IMG/VR virus record: IMGVR_UViG_3300009156_000012
Length of the DNA stretch: 43,329 bases
Source: a virus
Direction: 5' to 3' (one strand)
Shown: positions 7,936 through 16,185 of the stretch, piece by piece
Layout of the letters: every line of letters starts with the position of its first letter
Position numbering within the stretch: position 1 is the stretch's first letter
The notes under the pieces: model-generated
Database searches by the model: none
The model's input: only the letters and a program-made list of their open reading frames with translations
What the model was told of the DNA's origin: nothing
Program-made: the position numbers and the translations under genes

Positions 7936-8927
7936 CAACCAACTCCGCTGGACCCGAAGTCGCCACTGCTGAAGCCGCCGAAACCGCTGTTGCCAGCAGC
8001 ATCAAAGCCGCCCCATCCGCCAAAACCGCCAAAACCGCCGGGATCGCTGTAGCCAGAACCAAAGTCATAGCCGCCCTGTCCGGAACCGAAACCAGCTGCT
8101 CCTTGGCCCGGACCAGTTGGTGATGGGCCTCCGGGTGCCTGATCGCGGCCCGTCTGGAAGTCCTGCTGGGCCTGATCTACCGTCCTGCCGCCCGGAGGTG
8201 CGCCCGGAGGTGCGCCCGGAGGTGCGCCCGGAGGTGTGTTACCAAAATCATAGATCCCGGCATGCGTCGTCATCGCACCCGGAGTATTGGTCGCAACCGG
8301 CCCACCAAAACCAAAATTGCCCGGGCTCGGCTGCGAACCGGCATATCCACCAAAACCGCCGCCGCGCCCACCTTGCCCAGTATTGAAGCCTGCAGGTGTA
8401 TCGCCGCCGAACATCTGCGCCCCGCCCTGCATGGCATTGCTCATGGCGGCCCCATAGCTGGCATTACCGGGGCCGAAATCATTCAAGGATGCATTCGACG
8501 TCGTCATTGCCCCACCGGGCATGCCCGGGCTCGGCTGACCCTCGTTGAAGCTTGGCGTGTTGGCGCCGAACAGCGCACCGATGTCGACCGAAGAAGCGTC
8601 CCCTGCCTGCGTGCCACCAACGCCTTGGCCGCCTTGACCGTACATCCATGCATTCGGGTCCGGGCCGCCTTGGAACGTGCCGAGCGCATAGCCGCCTACG
8701 CCCCCTTGCCCGGGCGTCGGCATGCCGCCGCCCAAGTTCTGGTCCGGTCCACGCGCGACGTCGAAGCCACCGCCACCGCCCCCGCCGCCCATGCCGCGCT
8801 GTGCCATCATGGACTGCACAATGGCGTCGCGCCCGGCGTTCGGGTCCGGGCCACCTTGGAACGATCCAAGAGCGTAACCACCCCTGCCGCCAGCGAGCGT
8901 CGGGTCATATCCATCGTAGAACGCCAT
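7935..8927 (-). CDS. Gly/Pro-rich structural protein (330 aa)
   Basis: Repeated GGYALGxFQGGPDPNA, (PGAP)4 and poly-Gly tracts. Lies in the tail/internal-protein block. Confidence 0.6.
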   Translation of the reverse strand: MAFYDGYDPTLAGGRGGYALGSFQGGPDPNAGRDAIVQSMMAQRGMGGGGGGGGFDVARGPDQNLGGGMPTPGQGGVGGYALGTFQGGPDPNAWMYGQGGQGVGGTQAGDASSVDIGALFGANTPSFNEGQPSPGMPGGAMTTSNASLNDFGPGNASYGAAMSNAMQGGAQMFGGDTPAGFNTGQGGRGGGFGGYAGSQPSPGNFGFGGPVATNTPGAMTTHAGIYDFGNTPPGAPPGAPPGAPPGGRTVDQAQQDFQTGRDQAPGGPSPTGPGQGAAGFGSGQGGYDFGSGYSDPGGFGGFGGWGGFDAAGNSGFGGFSSGDFGSSGVG

Positions 8928-8938
8928 TGGAATTCTCC

Positions 8939-10861
8939 CTAGACGGCAACGCCTGCCTGTTCGGCGATCAGTGAAACGCCAAGCATTTCGACATCAGGCT
9001 TGGAAGCCTGATTGATCTGCACCTGCACGATCGGAGCGTGCGAGTATCCGGTCTCGCCGATCGACACCCACAGCGTCGATCTCGTGTTCGGCGCGGGTGG
9101 CGAAGCCTGATCCCAGCGCACACCGTCTCCCGGCGGAGCAGGATCCGGAAACGGCAGCGCATGATCGCTGCCCCACAATCCCTGATCCCACACTTCGGCA
9201 ATACCGGGATCCCCGCCGACTTCGGGCGGAGGCGGAAGCGGATCATAGACGTAGTTCACCGCGCAGGTGAGCTGCGGGATGAACGGCTCGATTGCGCGCG
9301 TGTTGAACGAGCAGCGACCCTGCCGCACCGTGAATACGTTCGGCGGCGAACCGAACACTTCCCATCCACCGACACAGGTTGCCGTGTAGGGCACGCGCTG
9401 ATCGACGTCGGCGCCATCCGTTATGGTGTCATAGCCTCCAATGTCGGCCTGCATGATGCGGCCTTTCTGCGTGCCGAAGTACATCACATCCGACAGCACG
9501 GCAAAGCACATCGCATCCCACGCGGTGAAGCGGCACCAAGCGCCGGTCATGGTGTTGACGACGCCACAGCGCCGATCACCCGGACCACCTCCGGGCCAAG
9601 TCACGAACAGCGCGCCAAGCCCGCCGAACTGGTCCCACTTGCACATCGACCACGGCAGATTGTTTTTTGCCATGATCTCGGACATCCACATGGGGTGGAT
9701 GGATGCCGAAACTGCGCTGAATTCGAGCTGGCTCACGTCCTTCACGAGGGCTTGGCTTATTGGAACGATGCCATCCACCGTCGCGATCAGGACATCGCCT
9801 CCCACCCTGATCCATGAGTTCTTCCCCATTGGCCGCGTGATCTGGTAGCGACCTTCCTGCCGCCAGTTGGCTGCATCGGCCGGATTGGTGCCGGTGAAGA
9901 TCGCGATCTCGCCTTCGGTCGTGACGAAGACGCACTTGTCGTCGATGCCGTCGCCCGCCGAAACTGACCAAGCGCAACCGAACAGCAGTGATCCGCCAAG
10001 CGTGAACGCACCCGAGAGCGGGATCTGCTGCAGCGCGCCGCCGACAGCGTCGAGGTCGAGATACCAAGCATTCATCGTGCCGCCCTGAATGAAGAACAGG
10101 CGACGGCGATACTTCCAGACCTGCGTCAGTCCCCTGCCAGCAATGACCGGAGATCCGGTTGGCCCGGTAATCCACGAGGCGCCATCAGCTGGCGCATTGG
10201 CCCAGAAGGTCGGGTTCGCTGCGCGTGCCGCCGCAAAGGTCCCGCTGGCGGGACTGGTATGGGCAACCGCACAGCGCCAGATCGAGTTGTCGGTATCCTT
10301 CGCCAGCGCCGCAACCGCATATGCGGTGCTGTTCGCCCAAGATGCCAATGTGCTCAGGTCAAGACTGACCCAGATCGTTCCGTTGAAGCGCAGGACCGCG
10401 TCGCCATTATCATTGACGGCGACCAGATAGGTCGCGCCACCCGTTGTTGCCATTATCGCAGTCGAGAAATTGCCGTTGGTGATTGCCGGTGTCACCGCGA
10501 CCGGAACGCCGAACGTCCCGGCAGCAGTGACGTCGTGCAGCGACGTCGCATTGGCAGCGAACATCTTCTTGATGGCGCCGGCGATGTAAGTGAACATCGA
10601 AATGATGGGACGATTGTCCGGCGTCCCGGTGACACCGATCCGCGTCCACTTCTGTGACCCACCGCGCAGCCTGATCGTGTTGGTGGTCGGAAACCAGTTG
10701 TCGAGCACGAGCGCGGCACCCGGGCTCATGAATGCCGGGTTCTCGATCAGCACCAAGCCGCGCGTCGGAGCTGGCAAGGTCTTCGGAATGACCTGCATCT
10801 GCACCTGAGCCGGTGCAGCGAAGCGGCGGAATTCGCGATAGTGGGGAAGGGCACGGCTCAT
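8939..10861 (-). CDS. Tail tubular protein B-like / nozzle protein (640 aa)
   Basis: Large beta-rich ORF directly after the tubular-A-like gene (ATGA overlap). Function assigned by T7-like synteny only. Confidence 0.5.
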   Translation of the reverse strand: MSRALPHYREFRRFAAPAQVQMQVIPKTLPAPTRGLVLIENPAFMSPGAALVLDNWFPTTNTIRLRGGSQKWTRIGVTGTPDNRPIISMFTYIAGAIKKMFAANATSLHDVTAAGTFGVPVAVTPAITNGNFSTAIMATTGGATYLVAVNDNGDAVLRFNGTIWVSLDLSTLASWANSTAYAVAALAKDTDNSIWRCAVAHTSPASGTFAAARAANPTFWANAPADGASWITGPTGSPVIAGRGLTQVWKYRRRLFFIQGGTMNAWYLDLDAVGGALQQIPLSGAFTLGGSLLFGCAWSVSAGDGIDDKCVFVTTEGEIAIFTGTNPADAANWRQEGRYQITRPMGKNSWIRVGGDVLIATVDGIVPISQALVKDVSQLEFSAVSASIHPMWMSEIMAKNNLPWSMCKWDQFGGLGALFVTWPGGGPGDRRCGVVNTMTGAWCRFTAWDAMCFAVLSDVMYFGTQKGRIMQADIGGYDTITDGADVDQRVPYTATCVGGWEVFGSPPNVFTVRQGRCSFNTRAIEPFIPQLTCAVNYVYDPLPPPPEVGGDPGIAEVWDQGLWGSDHALPFPDPAPPGDGVRWDQASPPAPNTRSTLWVSIGETGYSHAPIVQVQINQASKPDVEMLGVSLIAEQAGVAV

Positions 10862-11595
10862 GGGTATGGCGTCGCGGGCGCATCAGGCGTCGGATACGGA
10901 TAGCTGCGGTTTGTTGCAGCGCTCGAATTCTGCCTGCCAATGATGATCGGCGAAGGCTTGTCGGATCCGGCAATGGTCGAAAGCGCATCCTCGTAGTTCG
11001 CGATGTCCTCGGCGTAGGTGCCGCCCTTGTTTGCCTTCCATTGCCAGATCATCCCGAGCTTGAGCAGGCGCTCGGGGAGACGATAGACGTCGGTGTCGGA
11101 GAGGAAAATATCGCTCGGCCCGCCGCCAACGCTGGATCCGAGCGTGATGCAGTTCTTGTGCATGTACCAGAACTTCATCAGCGCGCCGGATGCAGGCGCC
11201 GGACGAAAATTGATCTTGCCGCCAAAGATCGTCCACGATCCGGCGGGATCGATCCAGCCGTTCATCTCCTTGGTCAGCCACTCATCAGGATCGGAGATGA
11301 AGGTCAGCGGGATCGTCGGCTGAGCCGTCGAGTAGATGCTCGACGTCAGCAGCATGCGCTGCCAGTCAGTCGGCAGGTCGAACGCAGTCTTGACACCGTC
11401 ACCACTGAGCGATGCGAGCGAACGAAACAGCTGCCATTCGCGCGTGTTGTAGGCAATGCGCTGCGCCATCTCGTTGGCGAGGTTGACCATCTCCCACGCA
11501 GTGCGATCCTGCGACGGCAGCACGAAGATCGAGCTAGCCGGTGGCCTGACGCCGACAACGGCACAAACCTCCTTGACCACCGACTGAACCGTCAT
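10858..11595 (-). CDS. Tail tubular protein A-like / adaptor (245 aa)
   Basis: N-terminus VVKEVCAVVGVRPPASSI...LANEMAQRIA parallels the T7 gp11 N-terminal pattern. Synteny places it after the capsid. Confidence 0.5.
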   Translation of the reverse strand: MTVQSVVKEVCAVVGVRPPASSIFVLPSQDRTAWEMVNLANEMAQRIAYNTREWQLFRSLASLSGDGVKTAFDLPTDWQRMLLTSSIYSTAQPTIPLTFISDPDEWLTKEMNGWIDPAGSWTIFGGKINFRPAPASGALMKFWYMHKNCITLGSSVGGGPSDIFLSDTDVYRLPERLLKLGMIWQWKANKGGTYAEDIANYEDALSTIAGSDKPSPIIIGRQNSSAATNRSYPYPTPDAPATPYP

Positions 11596-11598
11596 GGA

Positions 11599-12390
11599 TC
11601 AAGTCCTCGCGTCCTCTGCCATGCGCAGCAGCGTCCTGATCGACGGATTGCCGATTGGCCGTTTGCCAGTGTTCTCGGTGATGTAGGCACGCAGCTGGTC
11701 GCTGTTCATGCCAACGAACTCCTCGCTCACATTGGCAGCCGCAACAACAACGCCGCTCAAATCGGCCCCGACACCATCCTCGCTTTCGGCTTCCTCTCCA
11801 TCATCATCCGGCGGCAACGGCAGTATCTCGTCGTGTTTCGGAGGGCTGGCCAGATACTGGCGTTCCTCCTTCATCACGCCAAGCTGCGCGGTGAGCGCTT
11901 CGATCTGCTGCTGCATGCGGATAACCACGGCATTGTGGTCGCTCGACGCAAGATAATCGGTGGCGAGGTTCTTCAGGTCGCGCCCGCCCATGCCAAGGTT
12001 CTTCAGCGGCTGGCCTTCCAGCTCGGCGAGTGCCTCGGCGGTATAGATCGAGAGCGCACGCAGCTCGGCGCGTTTGCCCTCGGTCAGGAATGGCAGGTAG
12101 TCGAGCGGCGTACCTTCCTTGGTCTGCGCCGTCTTCGCCTTGAACTGCTGATACTGCTTGGGCCAGCGTTCCGCATAGCTGACCCTGATCCGCTCGCCCG
12201 TTTCCTCATCCTCTTCGAAGTGCGAAAACTCGGTCGAATGGAAAACATAGACATCGCGTGATCCGGCAAAGCGGATCTCCACCACCTCGACGTCGTCGAA
12301 GATCGGTCGACCGGCTTTCGCGGTCTTGCCGGGGTTCTTCATCGCGATGTGCTTGAACAGCGGCGTGATGACCGCAGCCTGTCTGGCCAT
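11599..12390 (-). CDS. Hypothetical head/neck-module protein (263 aa)
   Basis: Well-formed ORF between the capsid and tubular-A-like genes. Acidic C-terminal third. Confidence 0.6.
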   Translation of the reverse strand: MARQAAVITPLFKHIAMKNPGKTAKAGRPIFDDVEVVEIRFAGSRDVYVFHSTEFSHFEEDEETGERIRVSYAERWPKQYQQFKAKTAQTKEGTPLDYLPFLTEGKRAELRALSIYTAEALAELEGQPLKNLGMGGRDLKNLATDYLASSDHNAVVIRMQQQIEALTAQLGVMKEERQYLASPPKHDEILPLPPDDDGEEAESEDGVGADLSGVVVAAANVSEEFVGMNSDQLRAYITENTGKRPIGNPSIRTLLRMAEDART

Positions 12391-12408
12391 GCCCTTCTCC
12401 TTGAATTC

Positions 12409-12437
12409 GGAGGCTGACCAAGTGCTGGCCAGCCTCC
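12409..12437 (-). terminator. Stem-loop immediately after the major capsid gene (attenuator/terminator candidate)
   Basis: GGAGGCTG (12409-12416) pairs with CAGCCTCC (12430-12437), with an inner CCA/TGG pair. No U-tract. Contains one GCTGGCCAGC copy. Confidence 0.45.
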
Positions 12438-12448
12438 ACGATCGATCG

Positions 12449-13489
12449 TTACGCTGCCGCGTTGCTGTCGAAGAAGCGCCAGTTGAACATCGGATTGACC
12501 TGCGTCAGCTCGCCCATCCATCCGATAAACTGGGCAATTGCATCTTTGTCGATCGGCTGCTGCCCGTCACCGCTGAACAGCTTGTCGAAATTCCGGTTGG
12601 CGTTGTAGCGCAGCCGGAAGCTGTCGGTATTCAGTCCGAAGGTGGTGTCGTCCGGCATGTTTGAGCCAATGCCGCCGTCGAGCACGATCTCTGCCCGCTT
12701 GCCGCCGCCGATGTACTCCAGCGTCGAGAAGCCGAGCTTGCCGAGCGTGCTCTCGTTGGTCTGCCGCTGGATCGCGACAGTCGCCGCATCATAGGCCGCA
12801 TAGTGCTGCGTGCTCATCACCAGCAGGTCGGCATAGCTTCGCCCGCGCGACTGCTTGGTCATGATGTAGTTGAGCTGCGGCCTGATCGTGTCCTTGGTCA
12901 CCTGCGTGAGAAGTGCAGCAGGCCACGGCTCCGCTCCCGCACCAGAGCTTGGATCGTAGGTCTTGGTACGCCAGATCGCGTTGGCGTTGCGATCGATGCC
13001 GCCATAGATCCCGGTGTTCGGCAGCACCGGCACCGCCGTCGCGAGCCCGGTCAATTGCTTGCCGCCGTTCGCGGTCCCTGCGCTGTACATGGCGACGTCC
13101 ATGCTGTCTTCGAGCGAGCGCTCTGCCGCATCCATGTAGCTTTCCAGCGTGTCCATGATCTGCGCTTCACCCTCGTTGTTGAGGATTTCCTGCATGGACA
13201 GGATGATCGGCACGACCACCATCTTCGGGGAGAAGAAGGCATCGTTGAAGATGTCGATTGCCGGGTTGAGCAGCTGATCATAGCCGCTGTACCACTGTGC
13301 ATCGGCCTTGCCGATCTGCAGCGTCTGGCGAATGCGCGGGCCTGAGTAGGTCCGCCACAGTCCCTTCTTGCGCATCAGCGCAAGCAGGGCGTTGTTGTTG
13401 GAGACGAGGTCCTCGTAATCCGCCGAGCGATCCTCAAGTGCCATCGAGAGCACCTGCTGGTAGACGACGTCCGCATTGACGTTGGGCAT
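12449..13489 (-). CDS. Major capsid protein (346 aa)
   Basis: Size and position after the scaffold-like gene. Followed by a hairpin. Sequence style is typical of T7/P22-class HK97-fold capsids (my recognition, not searched). Confidence 0.75.
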   Translation of the reverse strand: MPNVNADVVYQQVLSMALEDRSADYEDLVSNNNALLALMRKKGLWRTYSGPRIRQTLQIGKADAQWYSGYDQLLNPAIDIFNDAFFSPKMVVVPIILSMQEILNNEGEAQIMDTLESYMDAAERSLEDSMDVAMYSAGTANGGKQLTGLATAVPVLPNTGIYGGIDRNANAIWRTKTYDPSSGAGAEPWPAALLTQVTKDTIRPQLNYIMTKQSRGRSYADLLVMSTQHYAAYDAATVAIQRQTNESTLGKLGFSTLEYIGGGKRAEIVLDGGIGSNMPDDTTFGLNTDSFRLRYNANRNFDKLFSGDGQQPIDKDAIAQFIGWMGELTQVNPMFNWRFFDSNAAA

Positions 13490-13492
13490 TGG

Positions 13493-14737
13493 CTAAACTC
13501 CTGATCTGACCTTGCGCATTGCATTGGTGAGCGCTTCGCGGTTCGTCACCCTCTTCTTGGGGTCACGTGCTCGCGTTGAAGGTGTGCCGCCATTGGGGGC
13601 ACCGGAAATCGAACGATCGACTTCCTCGGATCGGGTCTGAGCCGTCGTGTCGCGGGTCTGAGCCGCACGTGGTGCCCCGGACCTGCCGGGGCGAAGTTTC
13701 ATGGCCCGCTCATAAGCAGCTTGGAGCGGCCAGCCATGATCCATCTCCTGCTTGATGAGGTCGAGCCTGTCATCGAAGCCGGGATGCGCGTCGGCGAACT
13801 TGTCGATCTCCGAGCGCGTACTCTTGAACTCCTGCTGATATTGCAGCTGCTGAAAACCGTTGGCAAGTCTTTCCACCTGCTGATAGAGCTTGCCGATCTG
13901 CATGTTCTGCGCCTGAGCATGGTTCTGGTGCTGCACCAGACGATGCTGCTCGGGGCTCAGGCGCAGTACGTCGCGGGCAAAATCATAAACGTTGTAGCGA
14001 CCGCCATTACGGCCGGGCAGGCGCAGATTGTTGATGATCAGGTCGACGCCACCGAACAGATCACTGCGCAGCCTGTTCTCGATGCTGGTATAGTTGGTGA
14101 GCGCTTCCTTCAGCGATGTTCCGGTCCTCTGCGCCATCTCATGGAATTCACGCAGCTCGTGAAAGGCTTCTGCGGCTCCGCGATACTGCTGGATGCCACG
14201 CTCCATCTGCTGATGCGCCTGATGCACGGCACCACGCACGCTCTCGGGCACACCGTTCCAGTCTGCCTTGGCAGCCTCGCTGAACCGGGGCGGGGGTTCA
14301 CGATAGGGCGCATCATCCGCCAGCGGTGCATGCTTGACCGGGGCAGGCTTGACGCCTTCGCGATACTCGTCTCCTTCCGGCGTGCGCGCGACGAACTTGC
14401 CCTTCTCGCGCGGCTGCGGTTCCTTGGCAGGCTGCTTCTCCTGAGCCTTTGCTTCGGGTTTTCCCCGATCTTCACCGTCGGTTTTCCCCAGATCCTCGGC
14501 CGCCTTCTTGTTGGCCCCCTGAATGAGCGCGGACTTGGCGAAGGCACGCTCGATCGCCTCGCGGCGGCCGACGGCACGATCGTGCGCGATGCGCTCGGGC
14601 GACTTGTCCGGCGCCTGTACCCCCGTGCTGCCATGCTGCGCGTCGGGAGACTGCTCAGGTATCGTTACTTCGGTCTGGCCGGTCTGCGGTGGAGGCGTGC
14701 TGCCGACGTCTGCCGTCTGGATGGTAGTATCGTTCAT
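13493..14737 (-). CDS. Scaffolding protein candidate (414 aa)
   Basis: Highly charged, helical, low-complexity N-half. Lies immediately upstream of the capsid gene. Confidence 0.5.
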   Translation of the reverse strand: MNDTTIQTADVGSTPPPQTGQTEVTIPEQSPDAQHGSTGVQAPDKSPERIAHDRAVGRREAIERAFAKSALIQGANKKAAEDLGKTDGEDRGKPEAKAQEKQPAKEPQPREKGKFVARTPEGDEYREGVKPAPVKHAPLADDAPYREPPPRFSEAAKADWNGVPESVRGAVHQAHQQMERGIQQYRGAAEAFHELREFHEMAQRTGTSLKEALTNYTSIENRLRSDLFGGVDLIINNLRLPGRNGGRYNVYDFARDVLRLSPEQHRLVQHQNHAQAQNMQIGKLYQQVERLANGFQQLQYQQEFKSTRSEIDKFADAHPGFDDRLDLIKQEMDHGWPLQAAYERAMKLRPGRSGAPRAAQTRDTTAQTRSEEVDRSISGAPNGGTPSTRARDPKKRVTNREALTNAMRKVRSGV

Positions 14738-15041
14738 AGTGCCCTGACTTGACCTTCTCGATCGCGTCCTTGATCACACGCTGGCGCGCGATGCGCTCCC
14801 GTGCAGGGGCTGATCGTGTTTTCAGTCGCGGCTTTTCATTGCCCACCTCGGTCAGTCCGAGCGCGCGACCGACAGCCCGGAATTGCCGCTTCGAGGTGTA
14901 GAATTTTCCGTCAACCTGCTCGGTCGGTTCCATCACGTCCGAGATCACGTATGGCATCGGCAGCGTCGAGCGCGCGGGAGCCGTCTGCTCGCGCACGAAG
15001 CGCCAGCGGTTCGGTGCGATCTCGACCAGCGTTGCGTTCAT
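14655..15041 (-). CDS. Hypothetical protein (128 aa)
   Basis: ATG at 15041 follows the upstream stop by 1 nt. The last ~27 codons overlap the scaffold gene and look Arg-rich, so the C-terminus is uncertain. Confidence 0.5.
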   Translation of the reverse strand: MNATLVEIAPNRWRFVREQTAPARSTLPMPYVISDVMEPTEQVDGKFYTSKRQFRAVGRALGLTEVGNEKPRLKTRSAPARERIARQRVIKDAIEKVKSGHYERYYHPDGRRRQHASTADRPDRSNDT

Positions 15042-15042
15042 G

Positions 15043-15621
15043 TCACGAGTAGGTCAACGCACGCGGTGCGTTCAATGGAACGTCGGCAAGGCTGATGCCG
15101 ACGCTGCGCGCTCCAGCCAGTGCGCGCTTCGGCACGTTCGCGGTGATCGAGGTTGCCGACACGAAGGTCGAGCCAATCACGACGCCATCCACCGTGACCT
15201 TGGTCTGCGGCGTGAAATTGGTCCCGGTCAGCGTCACGGCAGTCACGCCAGTGCCCACGGTGTCAGTGTTCGGCGAGATCGAGGCGAGTGCCGGGTTGGT
15301 GACTGGAGACATCGACGAGGGATGATCCCTGTTCGGAAACTCGGTGTAGGCACCATTGGTGCTGTGCATGACGGCGCGCGGGTTGGTGGTGACATGCACC
15401 TCGGTGCCGGACCCTTCGGCACGACCGGCGGGAAGTGCAGCATCGAGCGGCGTCAGAAAGATGCCCTTGCTCGCTTCATCCGGCGCCGCTGCCTGAGACG
15501 GCACCTTGCCAGCGGGTGTCGGGGGCGTGCCCTGCCAAGCAGCAGCGACGTTGGTTGGCGGCGTCGGATTGGCAGCCGTCGTGGTGGTGGTGCGATCAAG
15601 TGCAGTGGTCGGCGCAGCCAT
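15043..15621 (-). CDS. Ig-like (IPT/TIG) domain protein, head-decoration candidate (192 aa)
   Basis: C-terminal ISPNTDTVGTGVTAVTLTGTNFTPQTKVTVDG...ITANVP matches the IPT/TIG pattern. ATG at 15621 is preceded by AGGAGG; the track start is TTG. Confidence 0.65.
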   Translation of the reverse strand: MAAPTTALDRTTTTTAANPTPPTNVAAAWQGTPPTPAGKVPSQAAAPDEASKGIFLTPLDAALPAGRAEGSGTEVHVTTNPRAVMHSTNGAYTEFPNRDHPSSMSPVTNPALASISPNTDTVGTGVTAVTLTGTNFTPQTKVTVDGVVIGSTFVSATSITANVPKRALAGARSVGISLADVPLNAPRALTYS

Positions 15622-15623
15622 GG

Positions 15624-16175
15624 TCAATCCTCCTTTTTGCGCTTGCGCGCGTCCTTGCGAAGCAGGTCGATGACCTCGTCCTTGTTGCTGGCACTGCTGA
15701 CGTCGACACCACGTGCCGCAGCAAGTTCATCCAGCTCGCTGCGCCGCATGCCATGCAGCTCATCGTTCGAGGGAAGCGGATCAAGGTGCGGCCCTGCCGG
15801 ATCCGGCGCGGTCGAAGCAGTCGGAGCAGTCGGTGCAGTCGGAGCAGTCTCCGCTTCCTTGGCGAGTTGCTCAGTGCGCTCGGCATCGGCCTTGCGGTCC
15901 TGCTCGGCAAGCTGCTCAGGCTCAGGAGCGGGCTCGCCTGCGTTCTCGGCAAGCTGCTGGTTGAGGTTGGCGTTGTAGACGGCAGTCGGCATCAGGTCAG
16001 CATCCTCGGGTGGAGGCGGCTCGGTTATCTGTGCCTCGGTCTGCTGCACCTGAGCTGGAGCTGGCTGCGGCTGATCCTCCTCAACCCAGTCCTCTTCCTG
16101 CTCGTCGGTGTCATCGTAGACCTCTGCACCCTTGAACAATCCACTCTCGACGGTCCCCTTCGCCTTCTTCGTCAT
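15624..16175 (-). CDS. Acidic protein with C-terminal HeH/SAP (Rho-N-like) motif (183 aa)
   Basis: ATG at 16175 has a GAGGA RBS (alternative ATG at 16235 overlaps the upstream gene). (TAP)n tract. C-terminus reads SELDELAAARGVDVSSASNKDEVIDLLRK. Confidence 0.6.
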   Translation of the reverse strand: MTKKAKGTVESGLFKGAEVYDDTDEQEEDWVEEDQPQPAPAQVQQTEAQITEPPPPEDADLMPTAVYNANLNQQLAENAGEPAPEPEQLAEQDRKADAERTEQLAKEAETAPTAPTAPTASTAPDPAGPHLDPLPSNDELHGMRRSELDELAAARGVDVSSASNKDEVIDLLRKDARKRKKED

Positions 16176-16185
16176 GTCGGCATCC

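Noticed and set aside
14655-14737. 83-nt overlap between the 128-aa ORF and the scaffold gene, considered as a programmed frameshift site
   Set aside because: The scaffold frame is +1/-2 relative to the upstream frame. I saw no slippery heptamer. The overlapping tail of the 128-aa ORF looks like fortuitous read-on (Arg-rich). This is more likely a simple overlap or a slightly mis-set gene end.
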